A DNA stretch of 32,000 bases from Thermoplasmata archaeon (GTDB taxonomy: Archaea > Thermoplasmatota > Thermoplasmata > RBG-16-68-12): positions 2,580-34,579 of the forward strand of contig DATBLI010000055.1 of assembly GCA_036555455.1 (NCBI GenBank), in the 5' to 3' direction. The notes under the pieces are model-generated. The model was not told the origin of the DNA. It searched no databases and worked only from the letters and a program-made list of their open reading frames with translations. Both the position numbers and the translations under genes were made by a program. Shown in pieces: positions 7,090 to 15,290 of this stretch (the stretch's first letter is position 1; every line of letters begins with the position of its first letter).

Positions 7090-7626
7090 ATGCTCTACGC
7101 CCGGATTCCCCAGGACCGCGTCGGCGTCCTCGTCGGGCCCGAAGGTGGCACGAAATCGCGCCTCCAGGAAGCGACCGGCGTTCATCTCTACGTCGAGTCC
7201 ACGACGGGGGAGGTCACGATTGACGAGCGAGGCGCCGCCGACCCCGTGCTGGCCCTCAAGGCGAGGGACATCGTCCAGGCAATCGGCCGGGGTTTCTCGG
7301 AGGACCGCGCCTTCCGCCTCCTCGACGATGATGTCTACCTCGAGGTCCTCGACATCAAGGACTTCGCAAAGTCGAAGGCACGAATCGAGCAGATCCGCGC
7401 GAGGCTCATCGGCACCCGCGGGAAAACCCGGCGGCTCATCGAGGAGCTCACCGGCGTGGACGTGTCCGTGTATGGCCATACAGTCGCTCTCCTCGGCTCG
7501 ACTTTCGAAATGGCGATCGCCCGCGAAGCCGTCGTCATGCTCCTCCGTGGAAGCGAGCACGCGACCGTGTACCGCTTCCTCGAGCGGAAGCGGGCGGACA
7601 TCAAGGCTTGGCAGATGGGCTTCTGA
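7090..7626 (+). CDS. Two-KH-domain RNA-binding protein (archaeal Dim2/Pno1-like)
   Basis: IP.DRVGVLVGPEGGTK and LIGTRGKTRRLIEELTG (two GxxG KH loops). GGTGA Shine-Dalgarno-like sequence 5 nt before the ATG. Follows rio1 after a 4-nt gap. Confidence 0.85.
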   Translation: MLYARIPQDRVGVLVGPEGGTKSRLQEATGVHLYVESTTGEVTIDERGAADPVLALKARDIVQAIGRGFSEDRAFRLLDDDVYLEVLDIKDFAKSKARIEQIRARLIGTRGKTRRLIEELTGVDVSVYGHTVALLGSTFEMAIAREAVVMLLRGSEHATVYRFLERKRADIKAWQMGF

Positions 7627-7659
7627 ACCCGCGCAGCGCGACCTGGCGAACCGACCGAC

Positions 7660-7674
7660 AAATCGTTATATAAG
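7660..7674 (+). promoter_or_regulatory. BRE/TATA (AAATCGTTATATAAG) upstream of ppdK
   Basis: Strongest TATA box in the window, about 50 nt upstream of GTG 7720. This implies a roughly 20-25 nt leader. Confidence 0.65.
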
Positions 7675-7719
7675 CCAGAGGCATCCAACGCTCTGCAGGG
7701 TGGAGTTCTGCCCAAGTAC

Positions 7720-10611
7720 GTGTACTTGTTTGGCGAGGGCAACGCCTCGATGCGCGACCTCCTCGGGGGGAAGGGCGCCGGCCTCGCAGAGATGACGCGG
7801 CTCGGGCTTCCCGTGCCACCCGGATTCACGATTACGACGAAGGCGTGCCTCGCGTATGGGAGGAGCGGACGGTTCCCGCCCGGCCTGATGAAGCAGGTCG
7901 GCGAGGCCCTTGCGAACATCGAGGGGATGACGGGCAAGAGGTTCGGCGATGCGTCGAATCCCCTGCTCGTCTCCGTGCGCAGCGGCGCGAAGTTCTCCAT
8001 GCCCGGCATGATGGACACGGTCCTGAATGTCGGCCTCAACGACGAGACCGTCGCGGTCCTCGCCGTGCAATCGGGGGACGAGCGATGGGCCTGGGACTCC
8101 TATCGGCGCCTCCTCTCCATGTTCGCGCGAATCGTGAAGGACATCGACGGTCACAAGTTCGAAGCGATCCTCGAGGGCTTCAAGGGGAAGACCGTCGGGA
8201 AGAAGGACACGGACCTGACCGCGGAGATGGTTCGAAGCATCGTCCGTGAGTTCAAGGGGCTTTATCGCAAGGAACTCGGCGAGGAGTTCCCCCAGGACCC
8301 GAAGGAGCAGCTCCGGGAGGCCATCGCGGCCGTCTTCCGGTCCTGGAACGGCAAACGCGCCGTGGACTACCGCAACTTCAACAAGATCCCCCACGACCTC
8401 GGCACGGCGGCGAACGTGCAGACGATGGTCTTCGGCAATCTGGGAGCCGATAGCGGCACGGGCGTCGCCTTCACCCGCAACCCGAGTACGGGGGAGAAGG
8501 AACTCTACGGGGAATATCTGTCCACCGCCCAAGGCGAGGACGTCGTCGCGGGGATCCGGACGCCCCTGAAAATCCGCGAGCTCCAGGAGGTCCTCCCCGA
8601 GGTCTACGGGCAGTTTTCGCGTGTGGCCAATCTCCTGGAGACTCACTTCCGGGACGTGCAGGACGTTGAGTTCACCGTGGAGCACGGGAAACTTTGGATG
8701 CTGCAGACGCGGACGGCGAAACGCACCGCGCAGGCCGCAGTGAAGATCGCGGTGGATATGGTCCAGGAGGGCTCCATCCGCAAGGAGGAGGCCCTGCTGC
8801 GCATCGAGCCGACCCACGTCGTGCATCTGCTCCTGCCGCGGTTCGACGAAGAGGCGAAGAAGAAGGCCCGCATGGAGGGACGCTTCCTCGCGAAGGGTCT
8901 CAACGCCTCCCCCGGGGCGGCCACGGGCATCGTCGTCCTCGACCCGGACGAGGCCGAGACGCTCGGCCGGGACGAGAAGAAGCCCGTGATCCTCGTCCGC
9001 GTGGAGACGTCCCCCGACGATGTGCACGGGATGCTATACTCCCGGGGCATCCTCACGGCCCACGGCGGTGCCACGAGCCACGCGGCAGTTGTCGCGCGGG
9101 GCCTCGGCCTGCCGTGCGTGGCGGGCTGCGAGGCGATCCGGATCGACTACGACGCCGGGGAGTTCCGCGTGGAAGGCAAGGTGATCCGGCGCGGCGACTA
9201 CCTGTCCATCGACGGCACCACGGGCGAGGTCTTGGAGGGCCGCATCCCAACGGTCGAGCCGGAGTTCGAGCGGGAGGAGGACCTGCAGACGATTCTGGCC
9301 TGGGCCGACGAGGCCCGCCGGCTCCAGGTATGGGCCAACGCCGACTACCCGCGGGATGCTGCGCGGGCCCGCAAGTTCGGCGCCCAAGGCATCGGCCTGT
9401 GCCGCACAGAGCACATGTTCTTCGAGACAGACCGCCTCCCAATCGTCCACGAAATGATCCTCGCCGCGCCGGACTACCGCAAGGTGAACGCGCAGATCCG
9501 TTCCCTGCGGGAGGCGGTTGCGTCCGCCGCGGCGGAGAAGAGGCCCGCCGTCGAGAAGGAGCTCGCCCGTGTCGAGCCTACGTATCGAGACTTGTCCCTC
9601 CGGTACTTGGGATCCCTCGAGAAACTCGGAAGGCTCCAGAAGGAGGATTTCGCTGGCATCCTTCGCGCGATGACCGGGCTGCCCGTAATCATTCGCCTCA
9701 TCGACCCGCCTCTCCACGAGTTCCTGCCGAACCACGAGACCCTGCTGGCACAGACGCTTAAGCTCACGATGGCTCGGGGCAACTCCGTCCTCCTCGTCCG
9801 CTCGGCGAGGACCGAGGATGATCGCGCCTTCGTGGAGGAGGTGCGGAAAGCCGGCGACGGGGACCTCGATCGCGGCATCGAGGCCCTCTTGCCAGAGAAG
9901 GAGAAGCTCCTCGCGGCGGTCCGCGCGATGCGGGAGGCGAACCCGATGCTCGGGCTCCGCGGCTGCCGCCTGGGCATCACGTTCCCGGAGATCACGGAGA
10001 TGCAGGTCCGCGCGATCTTCGAGGCCGCGTGTACTCTGAAGAAGGAGGGCGTCGACGTTCATCCGGAAGTCATGATCCCTCTCGTTGGCCATGTGAACGA
10101 ACTCAAGGATCAGCGGGACGCCCTCGAGGGGGAGGCGAAGAAGGTCATGGAGCGCGAGGGCCTGACGGTGGACTACAAATTCGGGACGATGATCGAGATT
10201 CCGAGGGCCGCGCTCACCGCGGACGAGATCGCGCGATACGCAGAGTTCTTCTCCTTCGGCACGAACGACCTCACTCAGACGACCTTCGGCTTCAGCCGCG
10301 ACGACGCGGAGGGCAAGTTCCTCCTCGACTACGTGGAACGGAAGGTCCTTCCCCAGAACCCCTTCCAGTCCCTCGATCGCGAGGGCGTCGGCGAACTCAT
10401 GCGCATGTGCGTCCGGAAGGGGAAGAAGGCCCGGCCCGCCCTCGAGGTCGGCATCTGTGGGGAACACGGGGGCGATCCCGCGAGCATCGAGCTCTGCCAC
10501 GAGCTCGGCCTGAACTACGTATCATGTTCGCCCTTCCGCGTGCCCGTCGCCCGCCTCGCCGCGGCCCACGCGAAGCTCAAGGGCGAGGTTGCTCGTACGG
10601 AGGACCGCTGA
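7720..10611 (+). CDS. ppdK: Pyruvate, phosphate dikinase
   Basis: YLFGEG....LLGGKGA.LAEM (N-terminal ATP-grasp), GGATSHAAVVARGLG (phospho-His), DPPLHEFLP, NPMLGLRGCRLG, FFSFGTNDLTQ, GICGEHGGDP. GTG start with no in-frame ATG upstream. Confidence 0.95.
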   Translation: MYLFGEGNASMRDLLGGKGAGLAEMTRLGLPVPPGFTITTKACLAYGRSGRFPPGLMKQVGEALANIEGMTGKRFGDASNPLLVSVRSGAKFSMPGMMDTVLNVGLNDETVAVLAVQSGDERWAWDSYRRLLSMFARIVKDIDGHKFEAILEGFKGKTVGKKDTDLTAEMVRSIVREFKGLYRKELGEEFPQDPKEQLREAIAAVFRSWNGKRAVDYRNFNKIPHDLGTAANVQTMVFGNLGADSGTGVAFTRNPSTGEKELYGEYLSTAQGEDVVAGIRTPLKIRELQEVLPEVYGQFSRVANLLETHFRDVQDVEFTVEHGKLWMLQTRTAKRTAQAAVKIAVDMVQEGSIRKEEALLRIEPTHVVHLLLPRFDEEAKKKARMEGRFLAKGLNASPGAATGIVVLDPDEAETLGRDEKKPVILVRVETSPDDVHGMLYSRGILTAHGGATSHAAVVARGLGLPCVAGCEAIRIDYDAGEFRVEGKVIRRGDYLSIDGTTGEVLEGRIPTVEPEFEREEDLQTILAWADEARRLQVWANADYPRDAARARKFGAQGIGLCRTEHMFFETDRLPIVHEMILAAPDYRKVNAQIRSLREAVASAAAEKRPAVEKELARVEPTYRDLSLRYLGSLEKLGRLQKEDFAGILRAMTGLPVIIRLIDPPLHEFLPNHETLLAQTLKLTMARGNSVLLVRSARTEDDRAFVEEVRKAGDGDLDRGIEALLPEKEKLLAAVRAMREANPMLGLRGCRLGITFPEITEMQVRAIFEAACTLKKEGVDVHPEVMIPLVGHVNELKDQRDALEGEAKKVMEREGLTVDYKFGTMIEIPRAALTADEIARYAEFFSFGTNDLTQTTFGFSRDDAEGKFLLDYVERKVLPQNPFQSLDREGVGELMRMCVRKGKKARPALEVGICGEHGGDPASIELCHELGLNYVSCSPFRVPVARLAAAHAKLKGEVARTEDR

Positions 10612-10625
10612 GCCGGATCGGGACC

Positions 10626-11375
10626 ATGGCCGCATCCATCTCCGTCACCTACGCGGTCGTCCTCGTCGTCTCCGCTTTCGCCCTCCCTCTCTTCTTCGTC
10701 TGGTGGATTCGCAACACGAAGCGCGTGGGACGCCCCCCCATGGGAAAAGTCCTGAAGGCGTTCCTCTGGGGCGCGGTGATCAGCGTCCTCATCGCTGTCG
10801 TCCTCGAGTACATGCTCATTGCTTCGGGGGAGCAGATCGCCCCGCTCACGGACTTCCTCTCCCAGCACTTCTCCGATCCCGTCATCGTCCTCACGGCGGT
10901 CATCGTTGCGCCGGCCGTGGAGGAGGCGGCGAAGGCATTCAGCGTGCGAACGGGTCGGCTCGCGGTCCGAGCCCCCGTCGACGGCCTCATCTTCGGCGCC
11001 GCGGTTGGCCTCGGCTTCTCCGCGACGGAGAACCTCTTCAACGGCCTTGCGAGGCCCGAGGACGCCCTGCTGATCATTGCGATCCGTTCCTTCTCCTCCT
11101 CGTTCCTGCACGCGAGCGCGACCGCAGTCATCGGCTACGGCTTGGCCCTCGGCTGGCTCTCCGCCCGCGGCTTCACCTTTCTCCCCTACTACTTCGTCGC
11201 CGTCATCATGCATGCGACCTACAACTTCCTCGCGAGCTTCGGGGAACTCTACCGAAGCGAGTACGGTGACGTCGGCGTGTATGCAGGGTTCGGAGCCGCC
11301 GTCGTGTTCGCCGTGGTCGCGGTCACTCTCGTTCGCTACAAGCTCGTCGAACGCGCACCGAGCCCGACGAGGTGA
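10626..11375 (+). CDS. PrsW-family intramembrane metalloprotease-like membrane protein
   Basis: Multi-TM protein with VEEAAK (EExxK), GLGFSATEN and HATYN motifs characteristic of PrsW-type proteases. ATG 10626 lies inside a longer out-of-frame track ORF. Confidence 0.7.
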   Translation: MAASISVTYAVVLVVSAFALPLFFVWWIRNTKRVGRPPMGKVLKAFLWGAVISVLIAVVLEYMLIASGEQIAPLTDFLSQHFSDPVIVLTAVIVAPAVEEAAKAFSVRTGRLAVRAPVDGLIFGAAVGLGFSATENLFNGLARPEDALLIIAIRSFSSSFLHASATAVIGYGLALGWLSARGFTFLPYYFVAVIMHATYNFLASFGELYRSEYGDVGVYAGFGAAVVFAVVAVTLVRYKLVERAPSPTR

Positions 11376-11379
11376 GTCC

Positions 11380-12045
11380 ATGAGCCGCGTCATCCTCGTC
11401 GGAGGCCGCCGCATCCACACGACGAAAATCCTCTGCGTCGCACGGAACTACGCGGACCATGCGAAGGAGATGAGCACCCCAATCCCTTCCGAGCCGCTGT
11501 TCTTCCTCAAGCCGACGTCTTCCCTCCTCCCCGGCGGCGGCACGATTCTGCTCCCTTCACAATCGACTCGGGTGGAGGCGGAGACCGAGCTCGCCGTGAT
11601 CATGGAACACGGCGGGCACCACATCCCCACAGAGAGGGCGATGGGGTTCGTGGCAGGCTACGCGGTCTTCTTCGACATCACTGCGCGGGATCTCCAAGCG
11701 AAGGCCCGTCAGGATGGCTTGCCATGGACCGCGTCGAAGGGCTTCGACACCTTCGCCCCAATCTCCGAGGGCGTGGCGGCGTCCCGCGTGCACGACCCCC
11801 ACCGCCTGCCGATCCGACTCCGAGTGAACGGCGTCGTCCGGCAGGATTCGAACACGGGCCAGATGGTCTTCAAGGTTCCCCAGCTCATCGCCGCTGCGTC
11901 CCGAATCATGAGCCTCGAGAAGGGCGACGTGATTGCGACGGGAACCCCCGCGGGGGTTTGCCCCATCCGGGCCGGGGACGTGCTCGAAGGAGAGATTCTT
12001 GGAGTCGGCACGCTGATGTGCACCGCGACGGCGCGAAATCGTTAA
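11380..12045 (+). CDS. Fumarylacetoacetate hydrolase (FAH) family protein
   Basis: KILCVARNYADHA.E, PLFFLKP.SS, ETELAVI, DITARD.Q, G.PW...KGFDTF.P, GDVIATGTPAGV. AGGTGA Shine-Dalgarno-like sequence 5 nt upstream of the ATG. Confidence 0.85.
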   Translation: MSRVILVGGRRIHTTKILCVARNYADHAKEMSTPIPSEPLFFLKPTSSLLPGGGTILLPSQSTRVEAETELAVIMEHGGHHIPTERAMGFVAGYAVFFDITARDLQAKARQDGLPWTASKGFDTFAPISEGVAASRVHDPHRLPIRLRVNGVVRQDSNTGQMVFKVPQLIAAASRIMSLEKGDVIATGTPAGVCPIRAGDVLEGEILGVGTLMCTATARNR

Positions 12046-12048
12046 TGC
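12035..12048 (+). promoter_or_regulatory. BRE/TATA (GAAATCGTTAATGC) overlapping the FAH stop codon, about 30 nt upstream of ATG 12074
   Basis: Near-identical to the ppdK BRE/TATA core (AAATCGTTA), at leaderless spacing. Confidence 0.5.
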
Positions 12049-12073
12049 TCCCAACGCCCTGTCCTGCGGCGCC

Positions 12074-12544
12074 ATGCGGTTCCGGTTCGACCTCGATGGG
12101 GACGCGTACTCCGAGAAGAAGGAGGCCTTCAAGCGCATCCTCGCGAAGCATGGGCTGCGATGGAAGGGGACCCTCGACCGGCCTCTGTGGGCGAGCCCGG
12201 CGGAGAAAGTCACCGCCGTCTTCGACCGGGACCAGGAGAAGGATATCCTCCGCCATGCGTCCCTCGTCTGGGAGGGCCGCACGAAGTCGAAGCTCCTCGA
12301 AGACCTGAAGGCGTGGATCTGGGAGATTGGCGGGAAGGCCGAGGAGGAGAAGGGGCCCGCTGTCGAGGATGTCTCCGAGGACGTCGAACGGGCCCTCCAC
12401 TTCTGGGACATCGTGTACGAGCCGAACGTGGACGCGTTGCGGGCCCAGGGCCGCCCGGATTCCTGGATTGAGGAGGACGTCAGGCGGTGGAAACGCCAGC
12501 GCCGGACGCGGCAGCGGGAACTCCTTGGGCGGGCGATGGACTAG
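12074..12544 (+). CDS. Hypothetical protein (156 aa) with an acidic middle and a basic C-terminus
   Basis: Uninterrupted ORF with genome-typical G/C third positions and its own promoter-like element. I recognise no family. Confidence 0.6.
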   Translation: MRFRFDLDGDAYSEKKEAFKRILAKHGLRWKGTLDRPLWASPAEKVTAVFDRDQEKDILRHASLVWEGRTKSKLLEDLKAWIWEIGGKAEEEKGPAVEDVSEDVERALHFWDIVYEPNVDALRAQGRPDSWIEEDVRRWKRQRRTRQRELLGRAMD

Positions 12545-12705
12545 TACGGCGCCGGGGACCGGACTTCCAGGGTGTCGTAGCAGTCGAAACAGTATCCCTG
12601 GCGGTGGTCATCGGGGAGTAGGACGAGCCGCATATGGCACTTCCGACAGCGACCCTCGCGGTCCCCTCCCTGCGAGAGCTTCCGAGTATCGACCCTGAGC
12701 TTCAA
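12541..12705 (-). CDS. Possible small zinc-ribbon protein (54 aa from TTG 12705)
   Basis: CRKC-x17-CFDC motif. GGAG about 9 nt upstream of the TTG. A strong TATA (12759-12772) lies upstream on the same strand. Its stop overlaps the convergent gene at a CTAG. The longer 95-aa track version has an implausible G/R/P-rich N-terminus. Confidence 0.4.
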   Translation of the reverse strand: MKLRVDTRKLSQGGDREGRCRKCHMRLVLLPDDHRQGYCFDCYDTLEVRSPAPY

Positions 12706-12758
12706 TGAAATGGTCTCCGCCCCCCGTCCCGATGGTGACGCGCCACGGAGCCGCTGAA

Positions 12759-12772
12759 TTCTATAAAAAACT
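12759..12772 (-). promoter_or_regulatory. Strong TATA box (plus TTCTATAAAAAAC; minus GTTTTTTATAGAA)
   Basis: One of the most AT-rich tracts in the window. It lies about 55-60 nt upstream of the candidate zinc-ribbon ORF start. Orientation is not certain. Confidence 0.45.
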
Positions 12773-12802
12773 TGTGCGCTGCCAGGCCCGCCATCGCGAC
12801 AC

Positions 12803-12817
12803 GACGGTTTAATCAAG
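12803..12817 (+). promoter_or_regulatory. TATA-like element (GACGGTTTAATCAAG) about 29 nt upstream of GTG 12840
   Basis: Spacing supports a leaderless tmk starting at GTG 12840. Confidence 0.45.
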
Positions 12818-12839
12818 CCTCGGCCCATTGCCGCCGACC

Positions 12840-13454
12840 GTGCTGGCGGGCTTTGTGGCCTTCGAGGGGATCGACGGGTCGGGGAAGACGACCGTCAGCC
12901 GCCGCGTCGCGGAACTCTTCGCGTCCCGCGGCGAACATGTGTTCTTGACGGGGGAGCCGACGCGCTCCTGGCTGGGGGATGCCGTGCGGAGGTCGTACAA
13001 GGACGACGTCGGGCCCCTGGCGGAGGCCTTCCTGTTCCTCGCCGACCGCGCGGTCCACCAGGAGGAACTCCGAAGGCATCTCGCAAACTCCGAGCTCGTC
13101 CTCTGCGACCGCTACGCCGACTCGACGTACGCGTACCAGGGAGCGCGTCTCGAGGGAATCGTCGCGCGTCCCCTGGAGTTCCTGCGCACGCTCAGCGAGC
13201 CGTGGTTGCTCGCGCCCGACCTCACCCTGCTCCTCCGCGTGAGCGCTGACACCGGCCTTTCGAGGATCGCGGACCGCCCCGATCGCGTCCGATTCGAGGA
13301 TGCCGAGTTCTTGAAGAAGGTCGCGGCGAACTACGACCGCCTCTCGAGATCGGAGCGCTTCGCGGTCTTGGATGCCTCACGTCCCAAGGACGTGGTCGTC
13401 GAAGAGGCCGTCTCCGTCATCGAGAAGCGCCTCGCCGGATTCAGGCGGCGTTGA
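12840..13454 (+). CDS. tmk: Thymidylate kinase
   Basis: FVAFEGIDGSGKTT (P-loop), DRY.DS..AYQG, and LID-region pattern. Start is GTG 12840 (VLAGFVAFEG...) or TTG 12828. Confidence 0.88.
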   Translation: MLAGFVAFEGIDGSGKTTVSRRVAELFASRGEHVFLTGEPTRSWLGDAVRRSYKDDVGPLAEAFLFLADRAVHQEELRRHLANSELVLCDRYADSTYAYQGARLEGIVARPLEFLRTLSEPWLLAPDLTLLLRVSADTGLSRIADRPDRVRFEDAEFLKKVAANYDRLSRSERFAVLDASRPKDVVVEEAVSVIEKRLAGFRRR

Positions 13455-13605
13455 GCCCGGCCGTGACGTCGCTCGCGGGGACGTGACGAGCCAGGAACGC
13501 CCTCGCGAAGACCTGCGCTCGTTCCAACTCCCCCCGTTCGAGGGCGAGGAGGAAGGCGCGGCCGAAGAGAACCTCGAGTTGGGCGGGTTCGCTTGGGGCC
13601 GCCAT
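13441..13605 (-). CDS. Possible small helical protein (54 aa: MAAPSEPAQLEVLFGRAFLLALERGELERAQVFARAFLARHV...)
   Basis: ATG 13605. About 83 percent G/C at third positions with genome-typical codons (ctc, gcc, ttc, gag). It fills an otherwise empty ~300-nt gap between tmk and the HerA-like gene. No recognisable family. Confidence 0.35.
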   Translation of the reverse strand: MAAPSEPAQLEVLFGRAFLLALERGELERAQVFARAFLARHVPASDVTAGLNAA

Positions 13606-13728
13606 GGGACAAGGCGTCGAGCGCCCTTCGGTTGGATGAACGCGATGTACAAGAATATCAGGTACGATTCTCACTTCGCCGGCGGAGCGAGTCTACGACC
13701 CGTGGACAAACCCTTTTATCTCCACGTC

Positions 13729-13740
13729 CGATTTACGCTG
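13729..13740 (+). promoter_or_regulatory. TATA-like element (CCGATTTACGCTG) about 26 nt upstream of ATG 13759; a second box CCCTTTTATC lies at 13711-13720
   Basis: Resembles the DUF357 promoter core (GGATTTAGCG). Supports ATG 13759 as the HerA-like start. Confidence 0.4.
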
Positions 13741-13758
13741 CGTCCATGGGATGCACGC

Positions 13759-15249
13759 ATGGAGTCGCTCGCTCGTTCCAGGCCGACCGCTGACCATGGC
13801 AATGGCTTCGTCGGCGTCATCTACGGGGACATCGGCCCCACGACCTTCCGCTGCTCCGTCGTCGAGCCGGTGGAGCGCTACGAGTTCGTCCAGGTGAGAC
13901 ACGAGACCTGCGGCACGGTCCTCGGCCGCGTCGACGAGATCGAACGGAAGACGGACTTGTCCCTGGAGCGCGCACACCAGATGGGAGATGGCGAGCCTGT
14001 GGACATCGAGGATCGCGTTTCCGTGCAGGTGACGGTCATCGGCTACCGAGACGACCGGGGTCTCCTCCAAGTGCCCCGGACCCCCTTCCGCGCCGGGGAG
14101 GCCGTCCATCGGGCGGAGAAGGACGTGATCAAGGAAGTCATCGGCCTGGCGGAGGACAAGAAGCACGGTGCCTACGTGGGCCTGCTCTCCGGGCACGACG
14201 TTCCCGTGTACCTCGATATCAACGCGATGGTCCAGAAACACGTGTCCATCATCGCGAAGACGGGAGGCGGGAAGTCCTACGTCGCCGGGGACATCATCGA
14301 GGAGCTGATGAAGCACCATGTGACCACGGTGATCCTCGACCCCCATGGGGAATACGTCTCCCTCGCCGAGAAAGGAAAAGTCCCACCCGGTGCGGAACGC
14401 TTCCATGTCGAGCCGCGATCCTATCCCGAGGTCCTGCAGGTCTTCTCCCCGGACACGAAGGTGAACCACGGAGCTCGCCCGCTGAAGTTCACCCTGAGCA
14501 ATCTCGACGCGCGGGACATCTTGTCCCTGACGGGTTCGGGGAAGGTGAGGACCCATCTGACGGCCCTGCGAAAGGCGCTCGACCTTCTCCGCCAGGCCTC
14601 GAAGAACTACACGATCCGCGATATCATCCGGGTCCTCGAGCGGGACGAGGACCCCGCGAACGCGAGCCTCATGGACGAGCTCGAGTACCTCAGCGAGGTC
14701 GAGATTTTCGCCCAGGAGGGGACGCGGATCGACGAGCTCGTTGTGAAGGGCAAGACGACGATTGTGAACCTCAAGGGCGTCGCCCCGGATATCCAGGAGC
14801 TCGTCGTGAACCGATTGGCCACCGCGATGTTTGAACTCCGGAAGGTCGGCCGGATACCGCCGATGATGCTCGTCGTCGAGGAGGCCCACAACTTCTGCCC
14901 TCAGGTGGGTCAGGTGGCCTCGTCGAAGGTCTTCCGCACGCTCGCCTCGGAAGGTCGCAAGTTCGGGCTGGGGCTCATCATCATCACGCAGCGCGCCGCG
15001 AAAGTCGACAAGAATGTCCTGAGCCAGTGCAACACCCAGATCATCCTGAAGGTCACGAACCCCAACGACTTGAAGGCGATTGTCCAGAGCGTCGAGGGGC
15101 TGACGACGGCCATGGCGGAGGAAATCTCCCGTCTGCCCATCGGCGTGGCGATCATGACAGGCGGTGGCCTCCAGATGCCCTTGATGGTCGAAGTCCGGCC
15201 GCGGGAAACGAAGCACGGCGGCGAGAGCGTGAAGATCATCGAGGACTGA
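13759..15249 (+). CDS. HerA-like / DUF87 P-loop ATPase (FtsK-HerA superfamily)
   Basis: N-terminal barrel-like segment GFVGVIYGDIGPTTFRCSVV. Walker A: IIAKTGGGKSY. Walker B: MMLVVEEAHNF. IIITQR...QCNTQIILKV as in HerA/COG0433 ATPases. The 625-aa track ORF begins inside tmk and is not credible. Confidence 0.8.
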   Translation: MESLARSRPTADHGNGFVGVIYGDIGPTTFRCSVVEPVERYEFVQVRHETCGTVLGRVDEIERKTDLSLERAHQMGDGEPVDIEDRVSVQVTVIGYRDDRGLLQVPRTPFRAGEAVHRAEKDVIKEVIGLAEDKKHGAYVGLLSGHDVPVYLDINAMVQKHVSIIAKTGGGKSYVAGDIIEELMKHHVTTVILDPHGEYVSLAEKGKVPPGAERFHVEPRSYPEVLQVFSPDTKVNHGARPLKFTLSNLDARDILSLTGSGKVRTHLTALRKALDLLRQASKNYTIRDIIRVLERDEDPANASLMDELEYLSEVEIFAQEGTRIDELVVKGKTTIVNLKGVAPDIQELVVNRLATAMFELRKVGRIPPMMLVVEEAHNFCPQVGQVASSKVFRTLASEGRKFGLGLIIITQRAAKVDKNVLSQCNTQIILKVTNPNDLKAIVQSVEGLTTAMAEEISRLPIGVAIMTGGGLQMPLMVEVRPRETKHGGESVKIIED

Positions 15250-15256
15250 GGGCCGC

Positions 15257-15270
15257 GAAAGGATTTAGCG
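15257..15270 (+). promoter_or_regulatory. BRE/TATA-like element (GAAAGGATTTAGCG) about 26 nt upstream of GTG 15291
   Basis: Leaderless spacing to the DUF357 start codon. Confidence 0.4.
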
Positions 15271-15290
15271 AGGGGGACCCATCGCCTGCC

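Noticed and set aside
7666-10500. Long minus-strand ORFs (453 aa and 488 aa) opposite ppdK
   Set aside because: These are typical high-GC antisense shadow ORFs with no recognisable motifs. The plus strand encodes an unambiguous PPDK.
13372-13758. N-terminal extension of the HerA-like ORF (the 625-aa version)
   Set aside because: It starts inside tmk, and its translation (..EGEEEGAAEENLELGG..) is non-protein-like. TATA-like boxes precede ATG 13759.
13693-15216. 507-aa minus-strand ORF
   Set aside because: Antisense shadow of the HerA-like ATPase gene, with a low-complexity D/R/H/L-rich translation.
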